Shown here: positions 18,957 through 29,339 of the stretch, piece after piece
Numbering within the stretch: position 1 is the stretch's first letter
Layout of the letters: the number at the start of each line of letters is the position of its first letter
DNA from: a bacterium
GTDB lineage: Bacteria; UBA8248
Assembly (NCBI GenBank): GCA_965261085.1
Contig: OZ253442.1
Location: 1,216,001-1,280,000 of the forward strand
Direction: 5' to 3'
DNA: 64,000 bases
The notes under the pieces: generated by a model
Told to the model about the DNA's origin: nothing
The model's database searches: none
What the model saw: the letters and a program-made list of their open reading frames with translations, nothing else
Made by a program: the position numbers and the translations under genes

Positions 18957-19535
18957 CTATTTCCCGAGAAAGACAGAGGATAAGAACTTCATGATGGCGT
19001 CCTCGACGACGGCGATGGCTTCGAAATCGCTCCTCGGCAGCGAGATGAGCAGCAACCTCTCGAAGACGAAGCGCACGACGATGGGCATTAGCACGGCCAC
19101 GGGCGCGATGACCCATATCTGCCGGATGCCCAGATAAAAGATGATCGCCGCCGCCATCAAAAGCGTCGAGAGGCCGTAGCCCAGGATAGCCACGAATATG
19201 GAATACGCGGCGATGATGACTATCATCTTCGCGCCTCGGAGTATCCGCGTCGTCTCGGCTGAATCTGTGGCGTAGCGGATGTAGCGCCCCTTTCGCCAGG
19301 CGTCCAGCAGGTAGAGCAGGCACAGGACGGCGAGCACGGCGAAGGCGAGCCTCGGGAAGAAGACGGGTGATAAGGTCAGGAAATCCTGCGCGGAGGTAAT
19401 GCCGCCAGACGCGATGAGGTAGGGCATGAAGACGGAAAGCCCCGCCGAGGCGAGCGCCATCGCGGCCGCCAGATAGATTTCCAGGCGCAATATCATGGGA
19501 CTCGGCGCGTTCGTCGATTCTTCGTCCGAAGACAT
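18957..19535 (-). CDS. tctB: TctB family small membrane protein
   Basis: Several hydrophobic segments, PxFFP and C-terminal ISLP; adjacent to tctA. Confidence 0.85.
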   Translation of the reverse strand: MSSDEESTNAPSPMILRLEIYLAAAMALASAGLSVFMPYLIASGGITSAQDFLTLSPVFFPRLAFAVLAVLCLLYLLDAWRKGRYIRYATDSAETTRILRGAKMIVIIAAYSIFVAILGYGLSTLLMAAAIIFYLGIRQIWVIAPVAVLMPIVVRFVFERLLLISLPRSDFEAIAVVEDAIMKFLSSVFLGK

Positions 19536-19722
19536 GGTGCATCCTGTCGCAAGGGGTCTTTTTCTCTCGCCGACCCGGAAGCGTTCCCCATCACTCGATG
19601 AAGTGGTTTTGTGCTACGGGTTTGCGTATTATTCACCAATCGCTTGGCAGTAGCAAACTTTCATTCCATCCGTTCGGATGAGCGGCGCGCGCGCGGCGCG
19701 CGGATTCGAGGAGATCATTTCC

Positions 19723-20106
19723 GTGAAAATCATCAATTCCATGAGTGTGGACAAGGACAACGCCTATGAGCCTCCCTATTCCATCATGTGGGGGGTGAAC
19801 GACGAGACGACAGGCACGAAGGTCATGACCATGCAGCGCACCATCATCCCCCCCGGCGGTAAGAACAAGATGCACACCCATGCGTGCGACGCGGTGTTTT
19901 ACGTGAACAAGGGGCCGATTTACGTCTATTGCGGGGATCCCCAAAATCCCGAGAAAACCCTGGTCGAGGCGGGGCATTTCTGCTACGCGCCCGCCGGCGA
20001 GCCGCACGGACAGGAGAACCCCAGTTCGACCGAGCCCGCCGAACTCATCGCCACCTACGGGAATTGCTCCCACCACGACAAGGCGGGCACGACCTTCGTG
20101 CAGTAG
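19723..20106 (+). CDS. Cupin domain protein
   Basis: HTHACDAVFYVNKG and PAGEPH motifs. GTG start after GGAGG. Confidence 0.85.
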   Translation: MKIINSMSVDKDNAYEPPYSIMWGVNDETTGTKVMTMQRTIIPPGGKNKMHTHACDAVFYVNKGPIYVYCGDPQNPEKTLVEAGHFCYAPAGEPHGQENPSSTEPAELIATYGNCSHHDKAGTTFVQ

Positions 20107-20138
20107 CGTCTCACCAACCTTATAAATGGAGTTATGCG

Positions 20139-20879
20139 ATGGACCGAGGAATCTGGGCGTCCTGGTACGATCTGCCCGAAGATAAAAGAGAAGACTACTG
20201 TGCGTGGCTGCACGGGCGTCACCTGCCGGCCATGCTGCGGCGGGCGGGCTTTCTGTGGGCGGCGCATTACGAGGTCGCAGGCGGCGGAGCGCAGATGGAG
20301 CAGGTGAAGAACACCGCGCTCACCTATGCGGCTCCCGGTGAGCTTCCCGGCGGCACGCAGTACGTGCTCCTGTTCGGGGCGGTCTTTCCGCATGTGTTTT
20401 TCGACCCCACGCTCGCTGACATCGAAAAAGAATACGACGATGAGACGCGCGCCATGCTGGGCCTTCGCACCGGGCTTCGCGCGTGCATATTCAGTGAGGA
20501 GGCGCGCGTAGACGGCCCCGCCGTCGCCGCGAGGGGGCCGGGCATCACGCCGGGACCCACGATTCAGATGGGGCAGTTTCTCTCCCAAGACGCCGAGGCG
20601 GAGCACGACCTGGGCGCATGGTACGCGCAGTACCGCCTGAAATTCATGGAGCAGATGCCCGGCTGCATCGGCGCGCGGAAGCTGCTCTCGGCCGCCGGCT
20701 GGGCCAAGCATTCGATTTTTTACGAATTCATCTCGCCCGAAGCGAGGGAGGAGGGGTTCCAGAAGCACGAGAGCCTCTCGCTGGATGAGAGCGGCTGGTC
20801 GGGCCGGGTGGTGAGAACGCTCATACACGCGCCCGGCAGCCCGAGCGTGGGCCGCCGCCTGTGGCCCCCGGTGCTTTAA
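20139..20879 (+). CDS. EthD/DUF4286-like two-domain protein
   Basis: YCAWLHGRHLP...GFLWAAHY and AWYAQYRLKFMEQMPGC; similar layout to 2646..3353. Confidence 0.6.
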   Translation: MDRGIWASWYDLPEDKREDYCAWLHGRHLPAMLRRAGFLWAAHYEVAGGGAQMEQVKNTALTYAAPGELPGGTQYVLLFGAVFPHVFFDPTLADIEKEYDDETRAMLGLRTGLRACIFSEEARVDGPAVAARGPGITPGPTIQMGQFLSQDAEAEHDLGAWYAQYRLKFMEQMPGCIGARKLLSAAGWAKHSIFYEFISPEAREEGFQKHESLSLDESGWSGRVVRTLIHAPGSPSVGRRLWPPVL

Positions 20880-20912
20880 AGTCGGACAACCGAAAGGGGA
20901 GAGGAAATTCAA

Positions 20913-21599
20913 ATGGCGCAACTACCGATTCTGAGCGATGAGGAGGCAGGCCCCGAAGCGACCGTGGTGTTCGACGCGAGCCGCAAGATGTTCGGCCGCG
21001 TGGCGAACGCCATCCGCGTGAGTTCGGCCAGCCCGAGGATGCTTCAGCCGCTTTTCGGCTTTCTGCTCTCGCTGTGCAGGGCCGAGATCACCGACGTGCT
21101 CGACGCGAAGACCAAGGCGCTGCTGATCTTGAAGACCTCGATGGAAAACGGGTGTAAGTACTGAACGGCGCACAACGTCACGTTCGGTCGAGCGTGCGGG
21201 CTGTCGGATGAGCAGATTGACGCGGTGAAGGACGATGCCTATCAGGAATCGGATTTGTTCACCGACGCCGAGAAGGCGGCGGTCGCCTGGGCGTATCACC
21301 TCACGAAATACACCTTCGCCCAGAACCCGGAAGCCCTTGCGAACATGAAGAAACACTACGATCACGCCCAGCTCGTCGAGGCGACCTTGGTTTCTGGTTA
21401 TTTCAACATGTGGAACCGCTTCACGGACGCGCTCGAGACCGACCTGGAAGGCTCGGACCAGATGACCCTGTTCACGAAATCCGCCGTGCTCGAGAAAAAA
21501 GATTTCGCGGAATTCATGAACGAGTGCTGGTGGGCGAAAGAGGGCGCATCCGAAGAAGATAAAGAAGCGCTCCCGGCTTCCGCCGAATCGGGGAGCTGA
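20913..21599 (+). CDS. AhpD/carboxymuconolactone decarboxylase-like selenoprotein (CxxU, in-frame TGA 21162-21164)
   Basis: ORFs 20913..21164 and 21225..21599 are in frame and read NGCKY-TGA-TAH, matching the AhpD CxYCxxH motif. A hairpin follows the TGA. Confidence 0.85.
21179..21196 (+). promoter_or_regulatory. Candidate bacterial SECIS hairpin
   Basis: CACGTTC-GGTC-GAGCGTG. The G-initiated loop starts 22 nt after the TGA. Confidence 0.6.
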
Positions 21600-21638
21600 T
21601 TTTTTTCGGGTTTACGGGAAGACGGAACCGCTCTGCGA

Positions 21639-22364
21639 TCAGACGCCCAGGAAGCGGGACTTGATTTCCTCGTTCGCGGCGAGTTCCTCCGGTGTGGAGG
21701 AGTGAACCACGAGGCCCCGGTTCAGCACGTGCACGTAATCGCACGAGGCGAGCGCGAACTTCATGTTCTGCTCGACGAGCAGGATAGCCAGTTTGCTTTC
21801 CTTGAGTTTGGAGAGCGTCTCCCCCATCGCGCGAACCAGCAGGGGCGCGAGTCCTTCGGTGGGTTCATCCAGAAGAAGCATCTTCGGGTTCGTCATCAGC
21901 GAGCGAGCGAAGGCCAGCATTTGCTGCTCCCCGCCGCTCAACTGGTTGCCCATGTTGCGCAGGCGTTCCTTGAGGCGCGGGAAGAGGTCCAGCACCCGAT
22001 CCAGGTCCCAGGGTTCTTCGCCGCCGTCGGCGGCGCCTTGTTTTTCTCCGAGCAGGAGATTCTCCATCACGGTGAGGGAGCGGAATATCCGCCGTCCCTG
22101 CGGGACGAGGGCCACGCCGAGATTCACGATCTCGTGCGGTTGTAAGCCCGTGATGTCGGCGCCATCGAAGGTGACTTTCCCCGTGCGCGGCTTCGTGAAC
22201 CCGATGATGGAGCGGATGAGCGTGGTCTTGCCCATGCCGTTGCGGCCGAGCACTGCCATGACCTGTCCCTCGGCTATTTCGAGGGAAAGTCCCTGCAAGA
22301 CGTAGCTGTCCCCGTAATAGGTATGAATCTCATCTACTTTCAGCATCGGGCCGTTATCAGTCAT
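21639..22364 (-). CDS. livF: Branched-chain amino acid ABC ATPase (LivF-like)
   Basis: GRNGMGKT, LSGGEQQML and LLLDEP motifs. Confidence 0.9.
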   Translation of the reverse strand: MTDNGPMLKVDEIHTYYGDSYVLQGLSLEIAEGQVMAVLGRNGMGKTTLIRSIIGFTKPRTGKVTFDGADITGLQPHEIVNLGVALVPQGRRIFRSLTVMENLLLGEKQGAADGGEEPWDLDRVLDLFPRLKERLRNMGNQLSGGEQQMLAFARSLMTNPKMLLLDEPTEGLAPLLVRAMGETLSKLKESKLAILLVEQNMKFALASCDYVHVLNRGLVVHSSTPEELAANEEIKSRFLGV

Positions 22365-23139
22365 ATCCCAGATATATCTCCTGAACGGTCTGGTTCGCGC
22401 GGACTTCCTCTTTCGGGCCGTCGGCGATGACTTCCCCTTCGTGCATCACCATGAGCTTGTCCACGAGTTCGAAGGCGACGTCCATGTCGTGTTCGATGAT
22501 GAGCATCGTCATGTCCGAATCGAGATCCTTGAGGAGGGAAACCACGTCGGCGGATTCGGCGGGCGAGAGCCCGGCCGTAGGTTCATCGAGAAGCAGCAGC
22601 TTCGGGTTTTCGACCAGAGCGAGGGCAATCTCGATTTGCCTCTGGTAGCCGTGCGAGAGGTTTTTCACGAGAAGGTTCTGCATGTCCCACAGATTCAGTT
22701 TCCCCATCATCTCCTCGGCCTTGCTGTAAATATGCCGTTGGGTCTTGATGGTGCGGAATATCGAGAACTTAGACCTCTCCAGGGCCTGCGCCGCCAGCAG
22801 GACGTTGTCCAGTACGGACAAATCGGGGAACAGGTTGGTGATCTGGAAGGTCCTGGCCATGCCGAGATGGGCCCGCCGGTGGGTCGGCAGCCGCGTGATG
22901 TCCTCTCCGTAGAGGTGCACCCTTCCGTGCGTCGGGTCGAGTTCGCCTGCGATCATGTTGAAAAACGTCGTCTTACCCGCTCCGTTCGGACCGATGATGC
23001 CCCGGCGTTCGCCGTTTTCCACCACGAGGTCGACGTTACTGACCGCGACGAGGCCGCCGAAGTGCTTGGCGAGTCCCTCTACCTTCAGACACGCGGCGGA
23101 CCCGTTCGAATCCTGATGGGCTTCCTGCTCCAAGACCAA
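22357..23139 (-). CDS. livG: Branched-chain amino acid ABC ATPase (LivG-like)
   Basis: GPNGAGKTT, ARTFQ and IEHDM motifs. Confidence 0.9.
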   Translation of the reverse strand: MVLEQEAHQDSNGSAACLKVEGLAKHFGGLVAVSNVDLVVENGERRGIIGPNGAGKTTFFNMIAGELDPTHGRVHLYGEDITRLPTHRRAHLGMARTFQITNLFPDLSVLDNVLLAAQALERSKFSIFRTIKTQRHIYSKAEEMMGKLNLWDMQNLLVKNLSHGYQRQIEIALALVENPKLLLLDEPTAGLSPAESADVVSLLKDLDSDMTMLIIEHDMDVAFELVDKLMVMHEGEVIADGPKEEVRANQTVQEIYLGYD

Positions 23140-23255
23140 CCTCCTTAGCGTCGTTCAGCTTGCCTCGGTGGGGCTGAGGGGACCACCGCGCGCGGGTTGC
23201 GGGAAAAATTCCCCTCCGCGCGCGATGGCCCTGTATCAGATACTTTAACCGGCCC

Positions 23256-24512
23256 CTATTTCGCGCAATTCTTGCACGGGGGATAATCCCTGCTGTAGGG
23301 CGGATTCTTCATGAACTCATCCGGCTTGTACGTCCAGAATTGGCTCACGTTCGGGATGACCGCCAAAACCTTGTTTCTTTTCTTGCCGGTTTCATCCTTC
23401 GTGACCATGCGGACGTAGACGTTCATCTTGAACGTCCCGTGGCCGTCGGACGCCCTCGGTCCCGCCGGCATGCCGGAGGCAACCTTCAGGTTCTTGAGCG
23501 CGGCGAAGAATTTGTCCTTGTCCTCCACGTTGCCGTTTACGACCTCGATCGCCTTGTAGATGAGCCGCAATCCGCCGTAATACCCCTCGGCGTAGTAGCC
23601 GGGGTCTTTCTTGGCGTGCTTCCTGAACGCCTTGACGAAATCCTGGTTGACCTTGGTCTGGATGTCGGCGCTGTAGATCAGGGCCGAAATCCAGCCGAGC
23701 ACTTCATCCCCCTGTGCGTCGATGACGAATTCGTCCGTGTTCGTTCCGTTGCCCAGAATCACGTACTTGTTCGCCAGGCCCGCTTCTTTGAGCTGTTTCG
23801 GAAGCCGCAGACCCTGCGCCGCCGCCAGGGTGAGGAACAGGGCGTCGGCGTCTTTTCTGAGCTTGCCGATGTAGGGTCCGTAATCCACCGTATTGATGGG
23901 CATATACATCTTCTGGATCACCTTGCCGCCCATGTCTTCGAACACCTGCTGGAAGCCGCCCGTCGACTCGTAGCCGAAAGCGTAGTCGGGGCCGATGGTG
24001 ATCACTTTCTTGATGTTTGGCATCGCCGTCCGCACCCAGTGGGCGAATGCGTGCATAGGCTGGCTGCAGGAGAAATACGTGATCGCGTATTTCTTGCGCT
24101 TGCGCTTGGAAATGTCGTCGGGACACGACCAGATGAGAATCGGGGTCTTGTACCTGTCGGCCAGCGGCGCAATCGCGTAGCCGGTCGAGCCGAAAAGACC
24201 GCCCATTGCGATATGGACCTTGTTTCGCGTGAGAAGCTTCCGCACCCGGGTCACGGCCAGGGCCACCTTGCTCTCGTTGTCCTCCACGAAGAATTTCACA
24301 TCGCGGCCGGCGACCTTGTCCCCGAACTTCTCACGAAACACCTTGAGGGCGTTCATCTGGTCGGAGCCGTGCTTGGCGAGAACCCCCTTCTTGGAGGTGA
24401 GCAAGCCGATTTTAATGGGCCCCTTCGCCGCAAGGGCGGGTCCTGCGCCGATGAGCGCGGCGAGCGCAAAAACGAGGGGAACGACGAGAAAAACGGAGAG
24501 TTTTCGAATCAT
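23256..24512 (-). CDS. ABC substrate-binding protein (LivJ/K type)
   Basis: Signal peptide, PIKIGLL and DYAFG motifs; inside the liv operon. Confidence 0.88.
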   Translation of the reverse strand: MIRKLSVFLVVPLVFALAALIGAGPALAAKGPIKIGLLTSKKGVLAKHGSDQMNALKVFREKFGDKVAGRDVKFFVEDNESKVALAVTRVRKLLTRNKVHIAMGGLFGSTGYAIAPLADRYKTPILIWSCPDDISKRKRKKYAITYFSCSQPMHAFAHWVRTAMPNIKKVITIGPDYAFGYESTGGFQQVFEDMGGKVIQKMYMPINTVDYGPYIGKLRKDADALFLTLAAAQGLRLPKQLKEAGLANKYVILGNGTNTDEFVIDAQGDEVLGWISALIYSADIQTKVNQDFVKAFRKHAKKDPGYYAEGYYGGLRLIYKAIEVVNGNVEDKDKFFAALKNLKVASGMPAGPRASDGHGTFKMNVYVRMVTKDETGKKRNKVLAVIPNVSQFWTYKPDEFMKNPPYSRDYPPCKNCAK

Positions 24513-24558
24513 GGGAATTCCTCCTTTTATAGACGATGACGACTCTGAAGTGAGCCGG

Positions 24559-25512
24559 TCATTCGTTGTCCGCTTCGTGAACCTTCATTCTCAGTTTCTT
24601 GATGAAGCCCATGATGCCTTTGGGCGCGAAAAGAACCACCACGATGTAGATGCAGCCCACGACGGTCAGCGAGCGTTCGGTAAACGTATTCACGGAATTG
24701 TCGAGAAGGACGAATATGGTCGAACCCAGGAGGGGGCCGGCCAGTGTTCCCGGTCCTCCCAGCGAGACCATCAGCAGGGCGTTGAAGGAGGTCACCAGTT
24801 CGACGTCGGTCGGAGCGACGTAGCTGTTGTAGTAGACCCAGAGAAAACCGGCGAGACCGCTGAATATCCCTGAGATCATGTAGATGATGAACTTGTGGAG
24901 CCACACGTTGTAGCCCAGGGCCCGCATCCGCGATTCACTCTCGCGGATCCCCACCATCGTCTTGCCGAAACACGAGTGAACGAGAACGGAGAAGAACAAG
25001 AAGACGCCCGCCGCCACAAAGAGGGTGAAATAGTAGTAGGTGACCGTACCTTCCATGAATAATGGGCGTTCGATGCCCGCGATGCCGTTTTCGCCGCCGG
25101 TCATCGAATCCCAGCGGTAGGCGAGCCCCCAGACGATCATGGCCAGGGCGAACGTGATCATGAGGAAATACACGTCCGAGGCCCTCAGCGCGACGAGTGC
25201 GCAGATGGCCGTTACCACCGCCGCGGCGATGAGCGCGACGACGAACGCTTCGCCGAACGATGCGCCGTAGGTCGCCGACATGATGGCCGTGGCATAGGCG
25301 CCCGTGCCGAAATAGGCCGCATGGCCCAGAGAGGCCATGCCCGTGTAGCCGAGCATCAAGTCGAGGCTTAAGGCGAGAATTCCCCAGATCAGGCACTGGT
25401 TCAGGACGAGCACGCTGAATTCATCCACGAACAGCGGCAATATGGCCGCCAAAGCCAGAACGGAGGCAATCGCGATCATTCTTACCCGGCTGGTCAGAAG
25501 TTCGCCTATCAC
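24559..25512 (-). CDS. livM: Branched-chain amino acid ABC permease (LivM-like)
   Basis: GYTGMASLGHAAYFG and TGGENG motifs. Confidence 0.9.
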   Translation of the reverse strand: MIGELLTSRVRMIAIASVLALAAILPLFVDEFSVLVLNQCLIWGILALSLDLMLGYTGMASLGHAAYFGTGAYATAIMSATYGASFGEAFVVALIAAAVVTAICALVALRASDVYFLMITFALAMIVWGLAYRWDSMTGGENGIAGIERPLFMEGTVTYYYFTLFVAAGVFLFFSVLVHSCFGKTMVGIRESESRMRALGYNVWLHKFIIYMISGIFSGLAGFLWVYYNSYVAPTDVELVTSFNALLMVSLGGPGTLAGPLLGSTIFVLLDNSVNTFTERSLTVVGCIYIVVVLFAPKGIMGFIKKLRMKVHEADNE

Positions 25513-26366
25513 ATCACTCTCCCGAACAGCCCGGAGGGGCGAAGCGCCAGGATGACCGCCATCGGCAGGAACAGGGTGAAATAGGCGAATTCGGGAAAGA
25601 AGGTTTTGCCCAAATTGTCGATGATGCCCACGAGCAGGCTGGCGACGACGGCGCCTTTGAGGCTGCCCATCCCGCCCACGATAATGGCCACGAAGGCGAA
25701 GGGGAGTATCTCGAAATCAAGCCCCGCCTGGATGCCGAGCCACGGAGCCGCCAGAACGCCGCTCATGCCGGCCAGGAACGAGCCGAGTCCGAAGACGAGG
25801 CTGAACACGACGGGCACGTTCACCCCCATGCCTCCGGCCATCTCCACGTCGTCGACGGCGGCTCTCACCGAGGAGCCGATTTTGGTCCTGCTCTCGAAGA
25901 ACCACAGCGCTGACGCCGTCATGGCGGCGAATAGGATGAGGAACAACCTGTACATCGGAAAGGAGAATCCCCCGATCCGTCCCGTGCTGGCCAAAAACTT
26001 CGGCGCATCCATGCTGACCGGGTCGGGCCCCCAGATGACGAGAATAGCGTCCTGAAGAACGAGAACGAAGCCCATGGTGATGAGCACCTGGCCCAGGTCG
26101 TTTCCCTGAAGGCGGCGCAAAAAGATGCGCTCGATCACGACGCCCATGATGGCGATAGCGATTCCGCCGATCAGGATCGCGAGGAAAAAACTCCCTGTCG
26201 TCTTGAGGGTCGTGAGTCCGACGTATGCGCCCACGAGGAAATAGGTTCCGTGCGTGACGTTGATGACCTTCATGACGCCGAATATCAGGGATAAACCCAT
26301 CGCGAGGAGGAAGACGATGGCGCCGTAGGAGACGCCGTTGAATATCTGGGTGAGCCAGAAAATCAT
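25509..26366 (-). CDS. livH: Branched-chain amino acid ABC permease (LivH-like)
   Basis: GLSLIFGVMKVINVTHG and IIVGGMGS motifs. ATG 26366. Confidence 0.9.
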   Translation of the reverse strand: MIFWLTQIFNGVSYGAIVFLLAMGLSLIFGVMKVINVTHGTYFLVGAYVGLTTLKTTGSFFLAILIGGIAIAIMGVVIERIFLRRLQGNDLGQVLITMGFVLVLQDAILVIWGPDPVSMDAPKFLASTGRIGGFSFPMYRLFLILFAAMTASALWFFESRTKIGSSVRAAVDDVEMAGGMGVNVPVVFSLVFGLGSFLAGMSGVLAAPWLGIQAGLDFEILPFAFVAIIVGGMGSLKGAVVASLLVGIIDNLGKTFFPEFAYFTLFLPMAVILALRPSGLFGRVM

Positions 26367-26677
26367 ACGCACGCGCCCTTCGGGTAGGGTTCGGCGCGAA
26401 GAGGGGAAGGCCTGGAGCAGTAACCATACATGCCGCAACACTCCTTCAGGGGAAGGGGGTAGAATGCGACAACACATATTGTTTCTTGTGGTTGCGACTA
26501 TATCATTCGAGGGTGCCAAAGTATACTCTTTCGTACCATTAGGCCGAAAATCAGAAATCATGCACCCGTTCCCGACGCATACGGGATGCGGCCCGGCGGA
26601 TGAAGACGGTTTGTCCGTGAGGGTTTTTCGCATCCCGGGATTCAGAAGAGGGAGCGCGTTCCCGGGGAGGGCGTACC

Positions 26678-28105
26678 ATGAGCGGAGAAGATATTTTCTG
26701 GCTTGGGATTCACGAGCTTTCAGAGCGAATCGGGGAGGGTGAGCTTTCTCCCGTGGACGTGGTCGAGGCGCTTTTAAGGCGCATCGATTCGCTCAACCCC
26801 CGCATCCTGGGCTTTCTGGAAGTGACGGCCGACTCCGCGCTGGCCGAGGCGAAGCGCGCGGAGGAGGAAATCGCCGCCGGGCGCAGGCTGGGGCCGCTGC
26901 ACGGGATTCCCTTTGGCGTCAAGGACATCATCGACACAAGGGGCGTGCGGACGACGCGCGGGTCGAGCTTCTTCCGGGACAGAATACCCGAGGCGGACGC
27001 GGAGTGCGTCGCCCGCCTCAAGCGCGCCGGCGCGATTCTGATGGGGAAATGCCATACCCAGGAGTTCGCCTCCGGGCCGCTGAGCATCAACGCGCACTTC
27101 GGCACCGCGCGCAATCCGTGGGACCTCGAGCGCATGACGGGCGGCTCGAGCACGGGGTCGGGCGCCTCGGTCGCCGCCGGCCTTTGCCCGGCCGCCATCG
27201 GGACGGACACGGGCAGTTCGATCCGCGGGCCTGCGGCGCTGTGCGGGCTCGTGGGGCTGAAGCCCACCCACGGGCGGGTCAGCTTGCGCGGCGTGTGCCC
27301 CAACTGCCTGAGCTACGACCACGTGGGGCCTATTGCCCGCTCCGCGCGCGACGCCGCTCTCTTCTTGCAAGGGATGGCGGGCTACGACCCGGAAGACCCC
27401 TACAGCCGCGATGCGACGCTCCCCGATTTTTCCTCCCTCCTCGATGAGGGCGCGAAGGGTCTGCGGGTGGGCCTTTGCCCCGGTCTTTCGGGCGACTTCG
27501 AGGCGGACGCCGAGGTGATGCGGGCTTTCGAGCGGGCCGTCGGTGTGTTCCGCGAACTGGGTGCGCAGGTAGAGACGCTGCCCTTTAGTGAAGCGGAGCG
27601 TCTCATGCAGGTGAGCCGCATCATCATCCAGTGCGAGTTCGCCGAGTTTCACAGGCCGCTTTATGAGAAGAACCCCGACGGCTACGGCGCCTCTACGCGC
27701 GAGCGGGTGGAGGCGAGTCTTGCGGGGGCCGATCTGGACGAGTACATCCGCGCGCAGCGCGAGCGAGAGGTGCTTCGGCGCGAGGTCTTGGGCCTCTTCG
27801 ATAGGGCGGACGTCATTCTCACACCGTCTCTGCCGTGCATCGCTCCGAGAATCGATGACATCAAGGCCCGGATCAACGGCGAGGAGGTGGATTACTCCCT
27901 GGCCCTCACCATGCCGTTTCTCACCCACCAGAACCTGACGGGATTTCCGGCGGCGGTTGTTCCCTCGGGGTTTTCGGAGGAAGAGGGTATGCCCCTCTCC
28001 TTCCAGGTGATAGGCCGTCCCTGGGAAGAGGCGGAGGTGCTGCGCGCGGTCCACGCCTACGAGACGGCGACCCCGGAATTGCGGAATCGGCGGCCTGCGC
28101 TGTAA
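26678..28105 (+). CDS. Amidase-signature family amidase
   Basis: GPLHGIPFGVKD, GGSSTGS and GTDTGSSIR (Ser-cisSer-Lys triad). Confidence 0.92.
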   Translation: MSGEDIFWLGIHELSERIGEGELSPVDVVEALLRRIDSLNPRILGFLEVTADSALAEAKRAEEEIAAGRRLGPLHGIPFGVKDIIDTRGVRTTRGSSFFRDRIPEADAECVARLKRAGAILMGKCHTQEFASGPLSINAHFGTARNPWDLERMTGGSSTGSGASVAAGLCPAAIGTDTGSSIRGPAALCGLVGLKPTHGRVSLRGVCPNCLSYDHVGPIARSARDAALFLQGMAGYDPEDPYSRDATLPDFSSLLDEGAKGLRVGLCPGLSGDFEADAEVMRAFERAVGVFRELGAQVETLPFSEAERLMQVSRIIIQCEFAEFHRPLYEKNPDGYGASTRERVEASLAGADLDEYIRAQREREVLRREVLGLFDRADVILTPSLPCIAPRIDDIKARINGEEVDYSLALTMPFLTHQNLTGFPAAVVPSGFSEEEGMPLSFQVIGRPWEEAEVLRAVHAYETATPELRNRRPAL

Positions 28106-28203
28106 GGGTCGGTTGCCTGGTTTTCGTCTTTTCCCGCACCGGGCCGCCCGTATGATTCGCTGATTCAGGCGACCCTACACTGTTGACGCAAAGGGGACGA
28201 TGC

Positions 28204-29202
28204 ATGCGTATGAAAGCAGCCGTTTATCACGGACCGCGGGACATCCGGGTGGAGCAGGTGGAGCGGCCGGTAACCGGTGATGATGAGGTATTGGTGCGGG
28301 TGAGGGCGTGCGGTATTTGCGGCTCTGATCTGCACATGTACCGCCTCGGCATGTTCGAGGTGCTGGGGCGCCCGATTGACGAGGACCGGCGCATTATGGG
28401 TCATGAACTGAGCGGTGAAATTGTCGAGGTGGGGGAGAAGGTCAGCGGCTTTCGGGTCGGGGATCGCATCACCGGGTTAGGGCACGGCGGCTTCGCGGAA
28501 TACGTGGCGGTTCCTGTTACAAAACGCAGCCCGCACATCCTGCCGAAGCCCATCAGCTTCGATGACGGCGCGACGCTTGAACCGCTGGCCACCTCTCTGC
28601 ATGGCGTGTCCCTGGGACGGCCCGTGCCCGGTGAGACGGTGGTTGTACTGGGTGCAGGCATTATCGGCCTCGGCTGTGTCCAGGCCATCCGGGCGACCGT
28701 CGACTGCCGCATCATCGCCGTCGACGTTTCCGAACGCCGCTTGAACATGGCCAAACGTCTCGGCGCTGACGCCATCGTCAACCTGAGCGAAACCGACTCG
28801 GTGGAAGCCGTGATTGAACTCACCGGCGGCGCCAAGCCGGTGGAGCCTTTCGGCGTTCGCGGCGGCAACGCCGATCTGGTGATTGACTGCGCCGGCGCAC
28901 CGTCTTCGCCAAACCAGGGCCTGCTCATGCTGAAGCAGAAATACGGCCGTTTGGTGTTGGTCGCCCTGTTCGAGCGTCCCGTGGATATGGATTTCAACCA
29001 GGTGGTGCGCAAACACGTGGCCATCTATGGGTCCTGGACCTGGACCGGGGACGACTACCGCCGCGCCATCGAGCTTGTCGAAAGCGGCAAGGTCCAGCGC
29101 CGGCCCTTGATTTCCCATGCCCTCGACCTGGATGATGCTCCCGAGGGGTTCGCCATTCAGGACCAGCCCGGCGCCGCCATCAAGGTGGTGCTGAAGCCCT
29201 GA
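28204..29202 (+). CDS. Zn-dependent alcohol dehydrogenase (MDR family)
   Basis: GICGSDLH, GHE and GAGIIG motifs; lacks the structural-zinc Cys lobe. Confidence 0.9.
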   Translation: MRMKAAVYHGPRDIRVEQVERPVTGDDEVLVRVRACGICGSDLHMYRLGMFEVLGRPIDEDRRIMGHELSGEIVEVGEKVSGFRVGDRITGLGHGGFAEYVAVPVTKRSPHILPKPISFDDGATLEPLATSLHGVSLGRPVPGETVVVLGAGIIGLGCVQAIRATVDCRIIAVDVSERRLNMAKRLGADAIVNLSETDSVEAVIELTGGAKPVEPFGVRGGNADLVIDCAGAPSSPNQGLLMLKQKYGRLVLVALFERPVDMDFNQVVRKHVAIYGSWTWTGDDYRRAIELVESGKVQRRPLISHALDLDDAPEGFAIQDQPGAAIKVVLKP

Positions 29203-29339
29203 AGGTATACGACCGCGCGAAGTCATACGCCTCACGTAGCGTCACAAGGTCCATGATGAGTCGCCACCGAGAATATCGGTGGCTATGAGGACCGCGTCCG
29301 CGGTCATCGTCCCGCGCTCTGAAGATCGTATGCCTGGTT

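Noticed and set aside
20913-21599. Nonsense-mutated pseudogene or two separate genes (same question for 44405..45028)
   Set aside because: In both cases the TGA aligns with a redox Cys position, the frame continues and a hairpin follows, so selenocysteine is more parsimonious.
26774-28054. Long antisense or alternate-frame ORFs (also 18208..19542, 23340..24539, 47017..48186, 59900..61138, 60442..61809)
   Set aside because: These are shadow ORFs of well-supported genes in GC-rich DNA, with no recognisable motifs.
26678-28105. gatA (Glu-tRNA amidotransferase subunit A)
   Set aside because: No gatB or gatC is adjacent, and the context (divergent from a Liv transporter) suggests a catabolic amidase.
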